Source: Podarcis gaigeae (taxonomy: Eukaryota). From it: a DNA stretch of 64,000 nt. Below the pieces are notes generated by a model. That model saw nothing but the letters and a program-made list of their open reading frames with translations. It had not been told where the DNA came from and made no database searches. Made by a program: the position numbers and the translations under genes. Shown in pieces: positions 24,930 to 36,348 of this stretch (position 1 is the first letter of the stretch; each line of letters begins with the position of its first letter). Where the stretch lies: assembly GCA_964106915.2 (NCBI GenBank), contig OZ066922.1; one strand, 5' to 3'.

Positions 24930-25890
24930 TTTGATTGCACAAAATTGGAAAAGTGAGACCATACCATCAAAAAAAGATTGGCTGATTAAATTGATGGAAT
25001 ATGCTGAGATGGATAAACTGACAGGGCAGATAAGGGATCAAGCGAAACAAAAATTTAGTAAAGATTGGAATATATTTAAACAATATCTGAAAGTCCGCTG
25101 CGGAGAACTATTTTTTTTTACTGGTTTAGATTAACTCTTGAATGAGAAACATTAAATAGTAGTGAAAAAGTTGGTTACCAGCAGCCTAGATTTATCACGA
25201 TATGCATTCAACCAAGAATTATAAAGGACCCAAGTAAGGAGGAGAGGGAAGTTAGAGGTAATTAGAATATCAATGAATCAAATGATTAAGAATATATCTT
25301 TGTTTTTCTTTATTATGATTTAGAATTACACGTTCCATCAATAAGAAACCAAAATTGTGGTTTCATGTTAAAAAAGCATTTCTGTTGTTAACAGCAGCAA
25401 AAATACTATTGGCCCAAAAATGGAAACAAGAAGAATTATCAACGATGAAAGAATGGAGGATGAAACTAATGGACTATGCGGAACTTGGCAAACTAACGGG
25501 AAGGATCTGAAACTGGTGGGACCAGAAGTTTACCGAGGACTGGAGTAAATTTATGGACTATTTGAAAAGTATTTGTGACGACCAGATGACGTTTGTAGGT
25601 TTGCAAGAAGTTCTGTGAGGAATAATATTAGAAATATTGCAAAAATGGAGGAGGAGATGTGATATGTTAAGAATGTAAAGGGAATATTAAGCTAGGAAAT
25701 GCATAAGAAGTGATTAAGATGGAGGATTATCAGAGGTGCTGATGGAAGTCCAATAAGAATGTATTTGTGATAAATTGTGTGGTGTGTTTTATAATTTTGT
25801 ATGTTAAAAACCAATAAAAATATTTATAAAAAAAGAAAGCATTTCTGTTGTAAAAAAAAACTAATAAAGATGAATGGCAAAAACAAAAAC
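24930..25890 (+). mobile_element. 5'-truncated L1-clade LINE (outer copy)
   Basis: ORF2 C-terminus LIAQNWKSETIPSKKDWLIKLMEYAEMDKLT...DWNIFKQYLK, AATAAA and A-rich tail, 19-bp TSD AACTA(G/C)AATTCCCA(A/G)GAGT at 24911-24929 and 25891-25909. Confidence 0.82.
25389..25835 (+). mobile_element. 5'-truncated L1-clade LINE (inner copy, nested in the outer copy's 3' UTR)
   Basis: TAAKILLAQKWKQEELSTMKEWRMKLMDYAELGKLTGRI*...DWSKFMDYLK, AATAAA at 25813 and A tail, perfect 16-bp TSD AAAGCATTTCTGTTGT at 25373-25388 and 25836-25851. Confidence 0.87.
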
Positions 25891-28800
25891 AACTACAATT
25901 CCCAGGAGTCTTTGGGGAAAGTTGTGTGCTTCAAGTGTGCATTGTATGCACTTTAAATGTATGGTGGCATCTGCCCTCAGATGGCTACTAGTCACAATCA
26001 CTATATAACACCTACAGTAGCAGAGAAATTAATGAGAATTCCTGAACAGAAAACCACTGTTGAGTCCATGTCCTGCTTGCAAGGCATCCCACAGGCATCT
26101 TGCCGGTCGCCATGAAAACAGAATGATGGACCTGACAGGCTTTGGGTCTGATCAAACTGCCCTTTTAAGTTCTTATATTGTTATGAAGGATAGGAGTTCA
26201 TTTCATTATGCATTTAGAAGTGAACCTCTCCATTCCTTACCTGCTGGATCAAGTGTGGATCAGAATGTAGACATGTAGGTAAGTCTGAAATATTTACAAA
26301 CCTTTCTAGTACATGGTTAGTCCCAACCTATATTTGTACAAGATGGTCCAATGGCTTCCTGTTTCTTTTACAGAACTACTGTCGGCTGCTTTTAGGGACA
26401 CTGTAAGGCAGCCAGGGGCACAGTAAAGGGGAAGATATGGCAGCTTCCCCCAGTATATAAGGGCAGCCATCTTTTTCTTCACATAATTATCCAAGAAGGG
26501 TAGCACAACTTAATATTCATAAGTGCTGTGCTTTTAGCAACAGCTTTGTTTAATAGACTGAATGACCCCTTGGACCATTTCATAGGTTCTTGAAAACAAA
26601 TGAAATCTCTTTACAAAAGTGTGCAGAATTTAAAGCATTTCCCCTTAAAAATCTGAATGGAATTGGGGTTGAACAGGCATGCCAATCAATTCATTTGTAT
26701 GGGACATGAACCTAACTAATACTGTTTCATCCAACCCGAGTTATTACCAACACTCATTTGTATATGGGTTGAGGGCCTGTATGTAGAGAGGGTCTCCATG
26801 GTTAAGTAATTCTGCAATGGCTGGACCTGCTTTTCAGAGTGGACTAAGAATTTACTCTGCCACCACAAAGAATCTGTTCAGGGTGAAATAATAAAAATAA
26901 GAATACCAAGGGAGGGGGAATAAAACCCCAAGCAATCACAAAAAAAGCTCCAATCCTGCCCCAATACCAGCCCATACTCAAATCCAGCTCTTAGAAGACT
27001 GATGTCTTATAATGGGTGGTGCAATGCACCAGTTTTATTTGCCACACGGTGCTCCTTTCAGATGTTCTACCATGTTGAACAGACATGCACTGGTAGGATG
27101 ATGCTGTAGCACCAGGTTCCACCCCAAACCTGTACGTGTACACACAAGTGTATGCATGCAGCCTCCATTTTGGATAATGAAAGGAAGACGTGTTGGTTGG
27201 GGGTTACAGTCTACTGCCCCCACCTTTGGGTGCTCATTCCACATGATTAGAATGACTGAAAATGGCAAATGCATTGCAGTCCCGTGGTATCCATTGTTGT
27301 TTATTAAAAGTACCTTATTAGTTACGCATTTCAAGTTACATCAGCCAAAGGGTGCTTTTTTATATGGCAAAGCTGTCCTTCGCCCAGCTCTGGTCCACAA
27401 ACATCAAAGAAAATTGCCCACCAACGCATTGTCATATGTTTTTCGTGAATACCGATGGCATGAAATCATCCCACCATCAGGCCAATTCGGATCAGGTTGG
27501 CCATGTGCAAGTTCCCAAACAGGAACTTCTGCAAATAGAATGCCATATGACATGTTTGCCTTTCTTCATATGAGGTTAACCAAACATAACATGTGCCTCA
27601 GCAAAAAATAACACTGTGAAATAATGTTTATTTTTATTCAAGATGGGTTCCACAATAGGGACGCTGCCTTCTCTAATCAATGCACAATAGGCTTATGCAT
27701 GCAAAGTGACTCCCACTTATGCTAATGAAAAACTATGTACACAATTCCCCCTTGCAGGAGAAAGAATAAACCCTACATCCCTTAAGGCTAGGAAATGTTG
27801 ATGATGGAACTAAAACACTGTACCATTCCTTTCTTGTAATTAAAATCCAACCAGCTCCTATTGTGCCCAGAGAGAATATATCACTTCTGCATGGAACTAA
27901 TAAACTTCCTTTGTTTACTCAGTAGCCTCATTTGGCCTAGTTTTACAAATAGGTTCTGGAAACAAATGTATCCTGTGAGTTCAGCTGCCAGTATTTTTTG
28001 TGATCTGTCCGCTTCCCTGCGCTGGAGACTCAAACCACAATTTGTAAACCGTCAAGAGCTTGGATTTTGATGAGATCTTCCCTGCCGAGTTTTTATTTTG
28101 ATTATACAGAAAACATAGAGAGATGCTGCACTACGTTTTAGGTTATGTTATATGGGTTCATTTAGATAAATACATATGACTTAAATGGGCTGTGGATCAG
28201 GTGAGAGACCCTGTTATTGAAGTGACTACTTGCAGGCTACAATGGTTGGAATTTTAAGTAAACCACTCTGGTCTGGGCAATCTCTTGTCCGGAATGAGCA
28301 AAGACAAAGGAGAAACTTATTAGACACATGCTAATCGCTTGCAGTGACACAGTTTCCAAGGAGAGCTTCATCACATTGCAGCAGCTAAGCAATCACTGTT
28401 AGCCTTTGATATATTAGAAAGATAACCCGAGGAGTTACAAATTCAGAAGTTGTAATGCAAAGAGTCTTTTATAGTTCTTATTTCTCAACCATTGCAGAGG
28501 CTAGTTCTTTATTCTGCATTAGATCTTGTTGGGAAGAGAAAAACAATGAACAATTGGTTATGACAAAAGGCAATCATTATGCTGCTAGCTGCAGATCTGG
28601 CTCTTCGAGATGATTAATGAAGGTGAGGGGTTCACACCCTTCAATGCAGCTCCTTTCAGTTTGAAGAAAGGGTCTGGCTGCCATCCAGTCCACAATTACA
28701 CGTGTTTCTATCGCACTGGCATGCACAGATAATTCTGGGCTGGGCTGCAACTTTCATTTGTGGCATTGCAAGATCCCTCCAGAACCAGAATGGTGTACAG

Positions 28801-31800
28801 CAGCCTTTTTTCTGCAAGAGAAAGCTTATGCTCTGTGCCAGCACTGCAGGATCATCTGCAATGTGTCAGGATACCACTGCAAGCTGAAGCCCTTTCATTT
28901 CTTGCCTTGTCAAATACAATCATCCCACACTAAATCAGTGTGTTTCTGGACACACCTCATCTGTCATCCGTCAAGCCAGAAGTTGATGAAGACAGAATGT
29001 AAGGAACAAGAGGCAGAGAATATGCAGGTTGCACTAAGCCAAATTGTGGAATGAATGTACAAACTCAGATTGTGAGAACAGATTCTGGGTGCTTGGTTCC
29101 TCCCTGGTCCTTCTCCTGCTGCACTGAGCCAAGCCTGCTTTTGAATGTTATTCAAACTTGGGTTCATGGTTTAATTCTGCTGCACAAACCATGAGCTGAA
29201 AACCGCAGAACAAACCTTGGTTACGTCATGCAATTATTCTGGAGAGAGGTAAAACCACTAGCTCAGGTTTGAACAACACACAAAGTCAAACCAGGACTTA
29301 GCTCTGCACAGAGCAGAATGACCGGGGAAGAAGAAAGCAGCTGCATTCTCTTCTCCAGGAGCCCATAAATTTGAGTTAAGCCATTGTTTGGCTTAGTATG
29401 ACATGCAAACCAGACCACTGAATCTCATCTTCTGCACCAAATAATAGACGGGAAATTTCTTTGTGTACCTAGAAGCATTTGGTGGAAGCATTACATGAAA
29501 CCCCTCCCCCCCACCCAACACACAGCCAAGTCACCCCAGAGTGAGTTCTCTCCCTTAGTAGTCTAGGGTAGCCCAATTTTCTGTATTAGCCTGCCAAATG
29601 GCAAAGCCAATTTCTTCATCCATCAAGTGCAGACATGTGATTGAGACCAATCATATTCATCAAATGATATGTGAATGATCAAGTGACAGCAGTTTCACAC
29701 AACCAAGAAAAATGAATGTGTTCGGGATGGGTAGGTGAGGTTTGGTTGTTGGAAACATGGCCTCTCTCTGCATTTCACTCCTTCTTCCCCCAAACTACAC
29801 AAGAAAGCAATTGTTGCTTGTTCAGTATGCAGGACTCAGGCAGGATGATGCAATTTTCATCCCCATTGTTCCCTCCCTACTCATCACCTTCTCGCTGTTA
29901 ACCAGATGACTGAATAATCTGGTGAGTGGAGGAGGGTGTGGCACTCCCACACCCTCAGCTGATGTGCACACATGAGCTAAGGAGGAGGCTGTGTGTCCTC
30001 CATGTGTTTGAGGCAGGATGGCAATACCCACTCCTGACCCTCAGAAGGTTGGCCATGCATGGATGTGTCCCCTGGAGCAAAAAAAAAAAAAAAAAGAAGC
30101 TAGCCCCCCTGGCTGAAAACATGTTCTAGTAATGCACCATAATCACAGTGTACAAGCTAACAACAGTCTACATATCTCTCTTCCTATCATTCTCTCTCCT
30201 ACCCCACTCCCTCCCTCCCAGGACCTTCATTGCCTGCAGAAGGTCAAACGTTCGACACTTGAAAACACCCCTTGGTAGAGCTAAAATACATACAGCAAGC
30301 CATTTGAGTGAATAGATTCGAACATGCAGCCACTTTCATTGTGCCAAGATGTTTCTTGGTGGGGTCATGAAACTTGCCAAAGTTATGTGGGAAACAACCG
30401 TAACCACATGGAGCAGTCCCTGCCACCCCACTGATTTCAGCAGCCATCATGCAATCATTTGTTTATCTTAATTGGTTAAGTTGAACCACCACAGAGACCA
30501 GGGATATATAGGTAGAATGGACTCCCCCCTCCCCCAGTTAAGATTCCATATACTAAAATTATTTCAATGGCCTAATCCTATGCAGCATAAGGTGTCTCTC
30601 AACCCACTGAAATCCAGAAGTCTAGACATACTGAAATCAACATAGGATTGCAGCCTCAGCATCTTAGTTTTAGTTTGGATTGTAAGAACGAGAGTAACTG
30701 TACCCATTTAGCAACTGGAGCCGATTGCAACCCAATTATACAAATTTGTCTTTTTCTTCCCCACTTCTGTGCTTGCACTAATCTCCAACAGCAATCCAGC
30801 CATAGGAAGGAATATATGAAAAATGCAACCATGATGACACATCTGGGATTCAAAAAGTAAAGGAAACAGCAATAAAGCTGAGCAGCCACTGGCTGGCTAA
30901 AAAACTAGGGCCTTAAGAAAAACAGTTCACGGTTTCCTCTAATGCATAATCCTGCTGCAACCTGTGTTTGGTAAAGGTCACCGAGGAATAATGAAGGCTT
31001 TCTTTCCACACCCATTTAAAAGATAATTTAAAGCGACAGTTGTACTGAAACCAAGAGACATAGACGAAGGAGAGAATTATACTTCTGACCGTAACAAGAT
31101 GTGAACAGAAGTAAGTGGTAAATTAAAAGGCAATTTTATCCTTAATGCTTACTATCATTAAGGTGTTTTTTTTTAAAAAGTTGCTGCTGCTTTCCTGTAC
31201 AGTTTCAGTTTTTCTAGCACTCTGTTCAAGCAATTCCCTTTATGCTTCTCCTTTAATTGGGAAGGTATTTGCATAATTATACCTCTTATGTTGGCTTCAC
31301 AAGTATCCCACACAGTTCTCCAGCCTCTCTCACTCCTTAACATTTTTTTTTTTTAAACAAAGGGTATGAAATCTCCAGTGAGATTTGTTCCTCCTTTCGC
31401 TTTTCATATGCAATGACTAGGTATGTGACCTGTAAGATGTATTCCATTTCTACTTCAATTTTTTTAGCAGGGTTATTCAGAGTCAAAGAACATGTTGCTT
31501 CTGGAAAAGTGGAATGAGAAAGGTTAAACTTTGGGGCAAAGGAAACACCACATATCTGACCACTGAAATCTCTTCAAACCACAAAAAATTGAATGCAAAG
31601 TGTAATTTGTCACCAACTTGTTGGGTATTTCAGTCATTTGCAGTGTTTAAAGTTCCATTAAAACAGCAGTTATGTCTATTTCTCCTTCAGCAAAATCCTC
31701 CAGTGATTCCTTAATTTTTGTCTAGTTGAATGATACACCCCCCACAAAAGGGTGGACTTTGTCCCTTCCAATTCTCCTTTGACTGTGGCTTATCTACTAC

Positions 31801-32411
31801 ACTCTAACATTTATACAGTAGAAAAATTTTTCCTCTTGGGATTTGGGGTGTGTGTGTGCCAAGGTTTTTACCACACATAAGCAGTAAGTGTCAATGTAAA
31901 CGAAGATGAACTTTGCACCTAGATGCATTTTTAAGGATAACCCAACCTTGTTGAATTTCTTTTTTAAAAAGAAGATTAAATCATGTGTCTATGGCTCATA
32001 TTTATTTTCAACTCTGTGAAACTAAAAGGGGGGGGGGAAGTCTTGTGCACGGTCAGCAGCAGAAACTCCAATAAAACATATCCCCTTTCCTACTTGATGC
32101 TTCTACAAAACCCCAGAGATAATGACATATACATTCTTTTGGCATCTGCACTTGGAAATCTTTCAGACATGCACCAAGATCTGAAAAGCAAGGGCTACAC
32201 ATGTAGGCGCACTAGCTACTTCCAACACACACGAACACAGCAGTATTTTTCAGAGCCGTGGTGGTTAAGAGGAGGGCCTGAAGAGGAGGGCCTAATGATC
32301 TCACTCCATACAAGGCAGCTTCCTATGTAGGAATACAGATTACAGTTTATTAGGGGCATAGACCAGCAGTTTCAAAATGGCTAAGAATACAATATTTATA
32401 ACAAGAAGATA

Positions 32412-32675
32412 CAGTGGAACCTTGGTTCTCGAATGACTTAGTTGCAAACAAATCAGCTCCCGAATGCCGAAAACCCGGCAGTGTTCCAGTTTTGAAATGT
32501 TTTTCGGAAGCCAAATGTCCAAAGCTGCTTCTGTGGCTTCCGCTTGAGTGAAGGAAGCTCCTGCAGCCAATCGGAAGCCGTGCCTTGGTTTTCGAATGGT
32601 TTTGGGAGTCGGAACAGACTTCTGGAACGGATTAAGTCTTCAGGCAGTTTAAGTTCAAGAACCAAGGTTCCACTG
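32412..32675. mobile_element. Tigger-like MITE
   Basis: TIR CAGTGGAACCTTGGTTCT; left flank TA, right flank TG (probably a mutated TSD). Confidence 0.88.
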
Positions 32676-34387
32676 TGCAATAGTTATAAGAACTAGCTCC
32701 TTTTTTTCAGGAGGCTCAAAAATATTTTGTCATGAGCTAAAAAGCTAAGAAGGGGGCAGCATCTCTGTAGAGGTTCTTGGTTTTATGCTGAGCAGAGTAA
32801 ATGAGAGCATGGTCAAGCAAGCATTGAGTCAGTATTAAGCCTTAGGTCAAATAAGTTAAGAGTGGGAATGGGCTTGCCCACACATACCTAGAAGCAGTAT
32901 TCAAGTAGCAACACAGGCGATGAGAACTTGGAAAGAAATACAATATTTTTAATTTATAGGTGTTGTCTGGTTGCCTGTAAAATGGGAATCCTTTGTCTTA
33001 TCCCTTGGAAATTTGGAACTTCTCATGCCTCAGGGGATTAGTGCCTCAAAAGCCCATGTACTTTGGATGAAAATTACCAAGAGTTACAGGTGCAAACTGC
33101 AGGGTGGGTCTCCCACTTAAATCAACAGGGACGAGGACAAGGGGATTCTGACCAAACACAACAAATGCAATTTAAACTAATGAAAAAACTAAACTGAATG
33201 GAAAAACAAAACAGATTTTTGGCAAAACCTCTCAAAAGGAAGGAGTATGCACATTGTAACTCCTCACCCTGACTGCACTGCCTCATAGGCACATTTCTAG
33301 AGAGAAAAGCCTGAAAATGAAACAGGGAAATTGCTTGTGTGGATGCTGATCACCACCAGGAGGTTTAGATAACATGATTTTAAGACTGCGATCCTTGGGA
33401 TTAAGACCCATTTAAGTAAATAAGTCTAACCTCTGAGTAGAAGCATATAGGACTGCACTGTAAATAATGCAGTTTTAACAGCCAGTTTGTAGAACAGGAG
33501 GAAGCTTCTTTGAGTAATAAAAGAAGTCTGATCTTCTTTGCTGGCTCAAAAAGTGCCTAGTTGCATGATGCTGAAGAAATCCAATTCTCTGCTTAGGGAC
33601 TTGGACATCACAGACTGACTAGAAAAAGAATTTATTTTCAGTCATCAGCAGACACCCTGTTTATTAACTCTCCACTACAGATTGTAATTTCAAAGGTGCT
33701 CAGAAGTATAGGTTTTGAAATTTATTACAATTAATTCACATTGTTGTTATATACTGTATAGGCAAGGAGCCCTGTTGAAGTTGCCATGTGATGTTTTTAC
33801 TGCTGTTTACAAGTTTGGATGCATGAGATGGAGACTTCCCTGTTCCAAACATCCTAGTCAATCAAGGCTGGGAAGATAAGAAGTCTCCTCCCAGCCCTAT
33901 GATTTAATTAACAACTGAAGAGGTAGCTTCACAAGCCACAGGAGGTGCGCAAGTATTTAGGCCCTATGATGGTCCCGTGAGAAACTATTCATATTTACTT
34001 ACAGCTACAAGAAACTGTTGCATGTAAATGCAAGTAGAGCAAGCAGAGCTAGGTAGAGTAGTATTTATGTATATAATCTCCAGACACCTTGTTACTTTTT
34101 GACTAAATGTTTTTGTACAACATGCTCCTTGTGCGTGGAATGTCTTCTGCTGAAGACAAAGTGTAGTGGACTTATCTACATTCTTCAAGTGGTTTCAATA
34201 ATTTCACTTGTGGAGATGTCAGGCATCTGCCTCCTATCTGCTCCTGTTCCCCTTTCCCTCCCTGCAAAAGGGGGGGAGGGGAATTCACTTGCTTTTTGCT
34301 TTTGAAAAAAAGGAAGATGGGAATGTAAGATATGAGAAGTGGATCTGCTACTTGATTTCCCCCATCTGCATTAACATTCTCACTTTG

Positions 34388-34715
34388 TGTTATGTACTAA
34401 GCTTGGATCCCAGAACAATAGGCAGGTAGGATCCTAGAATGCAACAACTGATTGGCTTGCAGGAAAAGACCAATCAGGCTCCAGGAGGAAGTTAATCAGC
34501 CTATTAGGCTGGTAGGATCCTAGAATGCGACAACTGATTGGCCTGCAGGAGAAGACCAATCAGGCTCCAGGAGGGAAGCAGAATCAGCCAATCAGACGGG
34601 ACTCATTGTGTAAATAATGTATATAAAGGCCTGAGGTTTGGGGGGAAATTCAATCACTGTTTTACAAGCTGCAAAACGGAGCATGAAATCACTGTAGGAC
34701 TCCGAGTGTATTTCA
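34388..34715 (+). mobile_element. Probable solo LTR
   Basis: TG...CA termini, a duplicated 86-bp unit (starts 34425 and 34511) with CCAAT/ATTGG boxes, TATATAAA near 34620. TSD not clearly preserved. Confidence 0.65.
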
Positions 34716-34848
34716 ATCTGCCTTAGAAACACACTTGGCTATATAATTCAGCAGTCGTTCAGTCTATTAGGTGCAGTGTTTCTAAGTACCACGAGTACGG
34801 AAACCCAAGTCAATCTTGTTCTAGGTTAAGAAACTGAACTCACATCTA

Positions 34849-35067
34849 CAGTAGAACTTCTACTTACGACCGCCTCTACTTGGACCCGATCCAAGTCGCG
34901 ACCACAGCAAACCCAGAAGTAAATACCGGGTTTGCTGCAATTTGCGCACGCACAGAAGCGGCTGCCGCCATCTCCACATGCGTACAATGGTGCTTCTATC
35001 AGTGACCCATTTTGTCTAAAAGACGGGCCACCAGAACGGGTTATGGTGGTAAGTAGAGGTTCCACTG
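34849..35067. mobile_element. Tigger-like MITE
   Basis: Imperfect TIR CAGTRGAACYTCTACTTAC and TA on both sides. Confidence 0.85.
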
Positions 35068-36315
35068 TAATTAGAACTTGTGCAATCTTCTTATAAAGTG
35101 GCCATCTTGTGCAAGCAAATCCCACAGAGTAACTATACACTGTGTGGAGAAATCCTTTATTTTGCCTGCCCCGAATACTCAGCTTCCTTGAATGGGCCCA
35201 GATTCAAGTACGAGAAAGGAAGAAAAGCCTCTCTATTTCCATTGTCTCAACAAAACTCACTTCATATGCCTCTAGCACATCCACGCTTTACACTCACCTT
35301 TCTGAACTGAAAAAGCTCCAAACCTTAACCATGTCAGCCTGCTAGTGCCATTAGGCTCAGAAAAGACTGAGGTTTTATATCACATTCCTTCTGGGTATTG
35401 TGCTGCCCTTTACGAAAAAAAGCCTTGCAATGTAAGCTTTCCTATTATATTTCTCTCTCGAGAAAGCAAGACTAGGCAGCTTGTTTTCACGCTGACAGTT
35501 TGTGGAGAGCTTAAACAGAACCCAAAATCTGTATCGGAGTTCTGTACTTTTGACTGCAGGCCACCCTCCTTTCCACTATTAGGCTCGGCAGAATTAGATT
35601 TGATCCTTAATGTATAGAATTACTAATGTTGTTAGCCATAAAGATATTTAGCTCTTTCTTTTTTCCCCTCTTTTTTTTTTTTTTTTTTGGCTCCCCAGCA
35701 CAGCGAAGCGAACAAAGGTTTGGATGTATGGCAAACAACTTTTCATATTGCTTGATCAGGCAGTAAATTACTGCCAGCTATATTGGGGTTGGGGGTCTAC
35801 TAATGTAGTGCAATATGGCTACTCCTGTTAATGTTAAAAGGAAATCACGCACATAAGTCTCCCATATATATTTGGGAGGAAAGAAAAACACCATAGTAGC
35901 CATATTTCCCACTGGAGTGCAGGGGAAAGATGTCTGTTGATAAGTAAGTACAGGTGGCCAGTTACTGCCAATATACACCTCCCAAAAAACAACAACACCC
36001 CTCTCCTGAGAAGGCATATTGAAAATTGGAATTATAGTAAAGTAGGGGATCTGCTAAAGCCACGAATGTTGGAATACACAATGAATATGGCCTGCATAAG
36101 CTTTTCCTGTTCCAAATGATATTTAAAGCTGCTGGATGAGCATTTTTGCTTCAGATTAGCCTTGGAAAGCACACATGCATTGTTAGTGTTACGCACCACT
36201 GTTTTATTCTTCAATCACAAAAGAATTCCTTTCCCTCTGCTACATCGACTTGATCTTAAAATCTCCCAAGGTGATTTTAAAATAAATAAATGAAGAGGCA
36301 TATAGGGATATATAA

Positions 36316-36317
<2 letters not shown>

Positions 36318-36347
<30 letters not shown>
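36318..36347. repeat. (GT)n microsatellite
   Basis: Pure dinucleotide run. Confidence 0.95.

Positions 36348-36348
<1 letters not shown>

Larger units (their letters stand above)
24480..26180 (+). mobile_element. CR1 LINE 3' fragment, split by nested insertions (pieces about 24480-24800 and 25980-26180)
   Basis: CCCTATGAGGAAAGGTT, GTATAAAATT and ACAGACAAAAGGAAG motifs of the CR1 ORF2 end; resumes at ATGGCTACTAG with a CR1-type 3' UTR. Confidence 0.7.

Noticed and set aside
24901-25134. 77-aa ORF as a host gene exon
   Set aside because: It is the ORF2 C-terminus of a truncated L1-clade element bounded by a TSD and an A-rich tail.
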